Assembly: GCA_001643675.2 (NCBI GenBank)
Contig: LSRY02000012.1
Coordinates: 1,612,001-1,676,000 of the forward strand
Direction of reading: 5' to 3'
From: Monocercomonoides exilis PA203
Taxonomy: Eukaryota; Protista; Preaxostyla
DNA length: 64,000 bases
Made by a program: the position numbers and the translations under genes. The notes beneath the pieces are model-generated. The model saw only the letters and a program-made list of their open reading frames with translations. It had not been told where the DNA came from and made no database searches. Numbering within the stretch: position 1 is the stretch's first letter; every line of letters begins with the position of its first letter. Below, piece after piece: positions 61,701-64,000 of this stretch.

Positions 61701-63689
61701 CCTCATCTCCTCCATGTCGAAGCACCACTGCTTCTGCAGCAGCAGCCACCACCCGCACTGCATCGCCCTCTCAGCCAGCACTGGATACTCAGCTGGCAGC
61801 ACACCCCCTGGCAGATGGGGCATTGCCAGCAGCGCCTCTTCCGACGGCCTCTCCTGCCGCTGCAGCAGTTTCATCCGCTCTGCCAGCAGCTTCTCCCGCT
61901 GGCTGTACAGCCGCATCGCTGCTGCCTCGTCTTCCTCGTCCTTCTCTGAATCGAGCGTGTCGGAGGAAGACGTCGATGACGAGAGAGAAGAGTCAGATGA
62001 AGAAGACGTGGCTGTGTTGTCTCCTTCCAAATACTTTCTTCTCTTCGCCTCGTCTTTCAATCTTCGATACGCCTCCATCTGCTGCCTGTGCTTTGCCTCG
62101 CGCACAGCCTTCTCCTTCGCCTTCTGCATCGCCCGCTCAATCTCTGCCTTTCTGTCAATTCTCTTCTTCCTCTTCCTCTCCCTCCTCTCCCTCCTCACCC
62201 TCTCTTCCTCGTCTTCCTCTGCCTTCTCCTTCTGCACCCTCCCTCTTCTCCTCCTCGCCTCCTCCTCTTCCTTCCTCTCTGCCTCCATCTTCTTCTCTCT
62301 CTCCATCTCAATCGCCCTCTCCAGCAGCTTCACCACTGACACATCCCTCGTCACCACAGACTTCCCTCTCTTCCTCTCTTCCTCTTCTTCTTCTTCTGTC
62401 CTCCTCCGCCCTCTCCTTCCTGTGTGGTGCATCAGAGACGCCAGCCTCGCTATCTTCTCTTCTTCTCTCTGCGCAATCGCCTTCTTCTTTGCCCTCTCTT
62501 TCTCTTCTCTTGCTCTCTCTTCTTTCTCTCTCTCAATCTCTTTCTGTGCTTCTGCTTCTGCTTCTGCTTCTGCATCCTTTTGGGTGTCTGATGAACCTTT
62601 TGCTTCCTCTTTCACTTCTGCTTTGTTGTTTTCATCTTCTTTTCCTTTCTCTTTTTCCTTCTCTTTTTCTTTTGCATCTCCTCCTTCTTCCTCTTTCTTT
62701 TCTTTCCCATCTCCTTCCTTTTCCTTCTCTTTCTCTTTCTCCTTCTCCTTCTCCTTCTCCTTCTCACCATCTTCTTCTGAACGTGCAGGCGACAGTGACA
62801 AAAGAGGCCGTCTTCGCATAATGTCACGAGAAGGAATGTAAATCGGAGGAGAACTCGAATAAGCGTGTCTGAATGAGATGGCTGTTGAGAAGAGGCTTCT
62901 GTGTGAGTGTGAAGAAGGAAGCAGATGGGAGTCGTCAACCAGATATTCTGTGTGCCCTGCTGCTGATATTCTCGCGAGGATGCGCTGCAGCGACGAGGCA
63001 AATGTGGATGTGTTTGGCAGAATGGTGGAGACGACAGAGGCAGAAAAGGACACACCCACAGCTGTCTCCCTCAGTAGCGTCGGGGCTGCGCCGGGTGCCC
63101 CTCTCCGGATGCGCTTGTAGAGCTGGTGGGGAGGAAGAGCCTTTTCTCTGTTAGTGTCGTCGATGACACGCAGGCGCATGGCCTCGTTGAGCCAGGCGGA
63201 GTCGGTGCGGAAGACGAGTGTGGCGCCGAAGAAGGCCTGTTCGATGGAGAGGATGGAGTTGACGGTGAGGGGAGTGGACATGGGGGGAGAGGGGAGGGAG
63301 GGGGGAGGAAGGGAGAGATCACTGGGAAGTCAGAGAAGGAGTACTGGGGAGAGGGGGGAGAGGGGAGAGGGGGGGTGGGTGGGGAAGAGGAAGAGGAGGA
63401 AGAGGAGGAAGAAGAAGATGATGATGATGATGAGGGATCATTTGATGTATTCTCTTGTGTTGCATTTGTTCCATCTGTTTTGTCTTCTCCTTTTGGTTGG
63501 GTGTTTGTGTGTTCTTCTGTCGAATTCTGTTTCTCTTCTTTTTGTGTCTTTTCTCTTTCTTTTTCTGCTTCTTTGTTTGTGTTGTCATGTGATGGCTTTG
63601 TATCAACATTGCTTGAGGATTCATTATTTTGCTGATTGGTTGATGAAACATCAGATGAAGGAGATGAGGAGGAGGAAGAGGGAGAGGAA

Positions 63690-63724
<35 letters not shown>

Positions 63725-63737
63725 AGAAGAAGAAGAA

Positions 63738-63779
<42 letters not shown>

Positions 63780-64000
63780 GTAGAAGAAGATGAAGAAGAG
63801 GAGGAAGAAGATGATGATGATGAATTTTCTTTAGATGATGAAGATGATTTGTGTCTGTGAGGCTGCAGCTGAATGCGCTGCCCAGGGACCACAGCCAGTG
63901 CGCAGTCAGCCGTGTTCTCGCTGAACAGACAGAGGGGCACCAGAAAACCTGCCTGAAAAGAATACTCTCTGTTTCTGTGGTGCTCTCTCATCCGCGCTCG
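58710..64000 (-). CDS. Large low-complexity hypothetical protein, 5'-partial, with an apparent frameshift near 63281-63330
   Basis: ORF 63991..63071 (open to the right edge) overlaps ORF 63281..58710 in a different frame. The junction lies in G/C homopolymer runs with no intron-like sequence. Confidence 0.75.
63655..63850 (-). repeat. Coding poly-Ser trinucleotide expansion, (GAA)n(GAT)n on the plus strand
   Basis: Blocks of TCT and TCA codons encode more than 45 near-consecutive Ser. Confidence 0.95.

Noticed and set aside
58723-63860. Long plus-strand ORFs (61459..62841, 61604..62821, 63126..63635 and others)
   Set aside because: Antisense shadows of a low-complexity minus-strand gene; Ser/Glu/Lys codon repeats lack stops on the opposite strand.
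1-64000. Genome-wide TAA/TAG=Gln reassignment
   Set aside because: Conserved proteins (HECT, RNF32) end exactly at TAA, and multi-kb ORFs use CAA/CAG without in-frame TAR.

Overview
Eukaryotic, AT-rich, gene-dense DNA with short spliceosomal introns and very long Ser/Glu/Lys low-complexity ORFs. The composition, GTTT-type donors and a beta-helix receptor pseudokinase resemble an oxymonad (Monocercomonoides-like); this is inference, not a database result. The genetic code appears standard. Recognisable genes are a HECT E3 ligase, a ~3950-aa STK11IP/nischarin-like LRR protein, RNF32, a giant receptor-like pseudokinase with an in-frame TAG, an RPP14-like RNase P/MRP subunit missed by the ORF track, WBP11, TFIIH p52/TFB2 and DNAJC2/zuotin, plus several hypothetical proteins. 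The most striking unexplained structure is non-coding. Two long intergenic islands (about 8.6-11.8 kb and 42.9-45.7 kb) contain several mutually unrelated inverted repeats with arms of 16 to about 170 bp. Their arm differences tend to be G-U wobbles on one strand, as expected for hairpin-RNA or pre-miRNA-like small-RNA precursors. Also noted are a strong +4U bias at 5' splice sites, a GC-AG intron, a 14-nt microexon, a 58-bp bidirectional promoter and a frameshift in the last gene. All gene models and alignments were made by eye.
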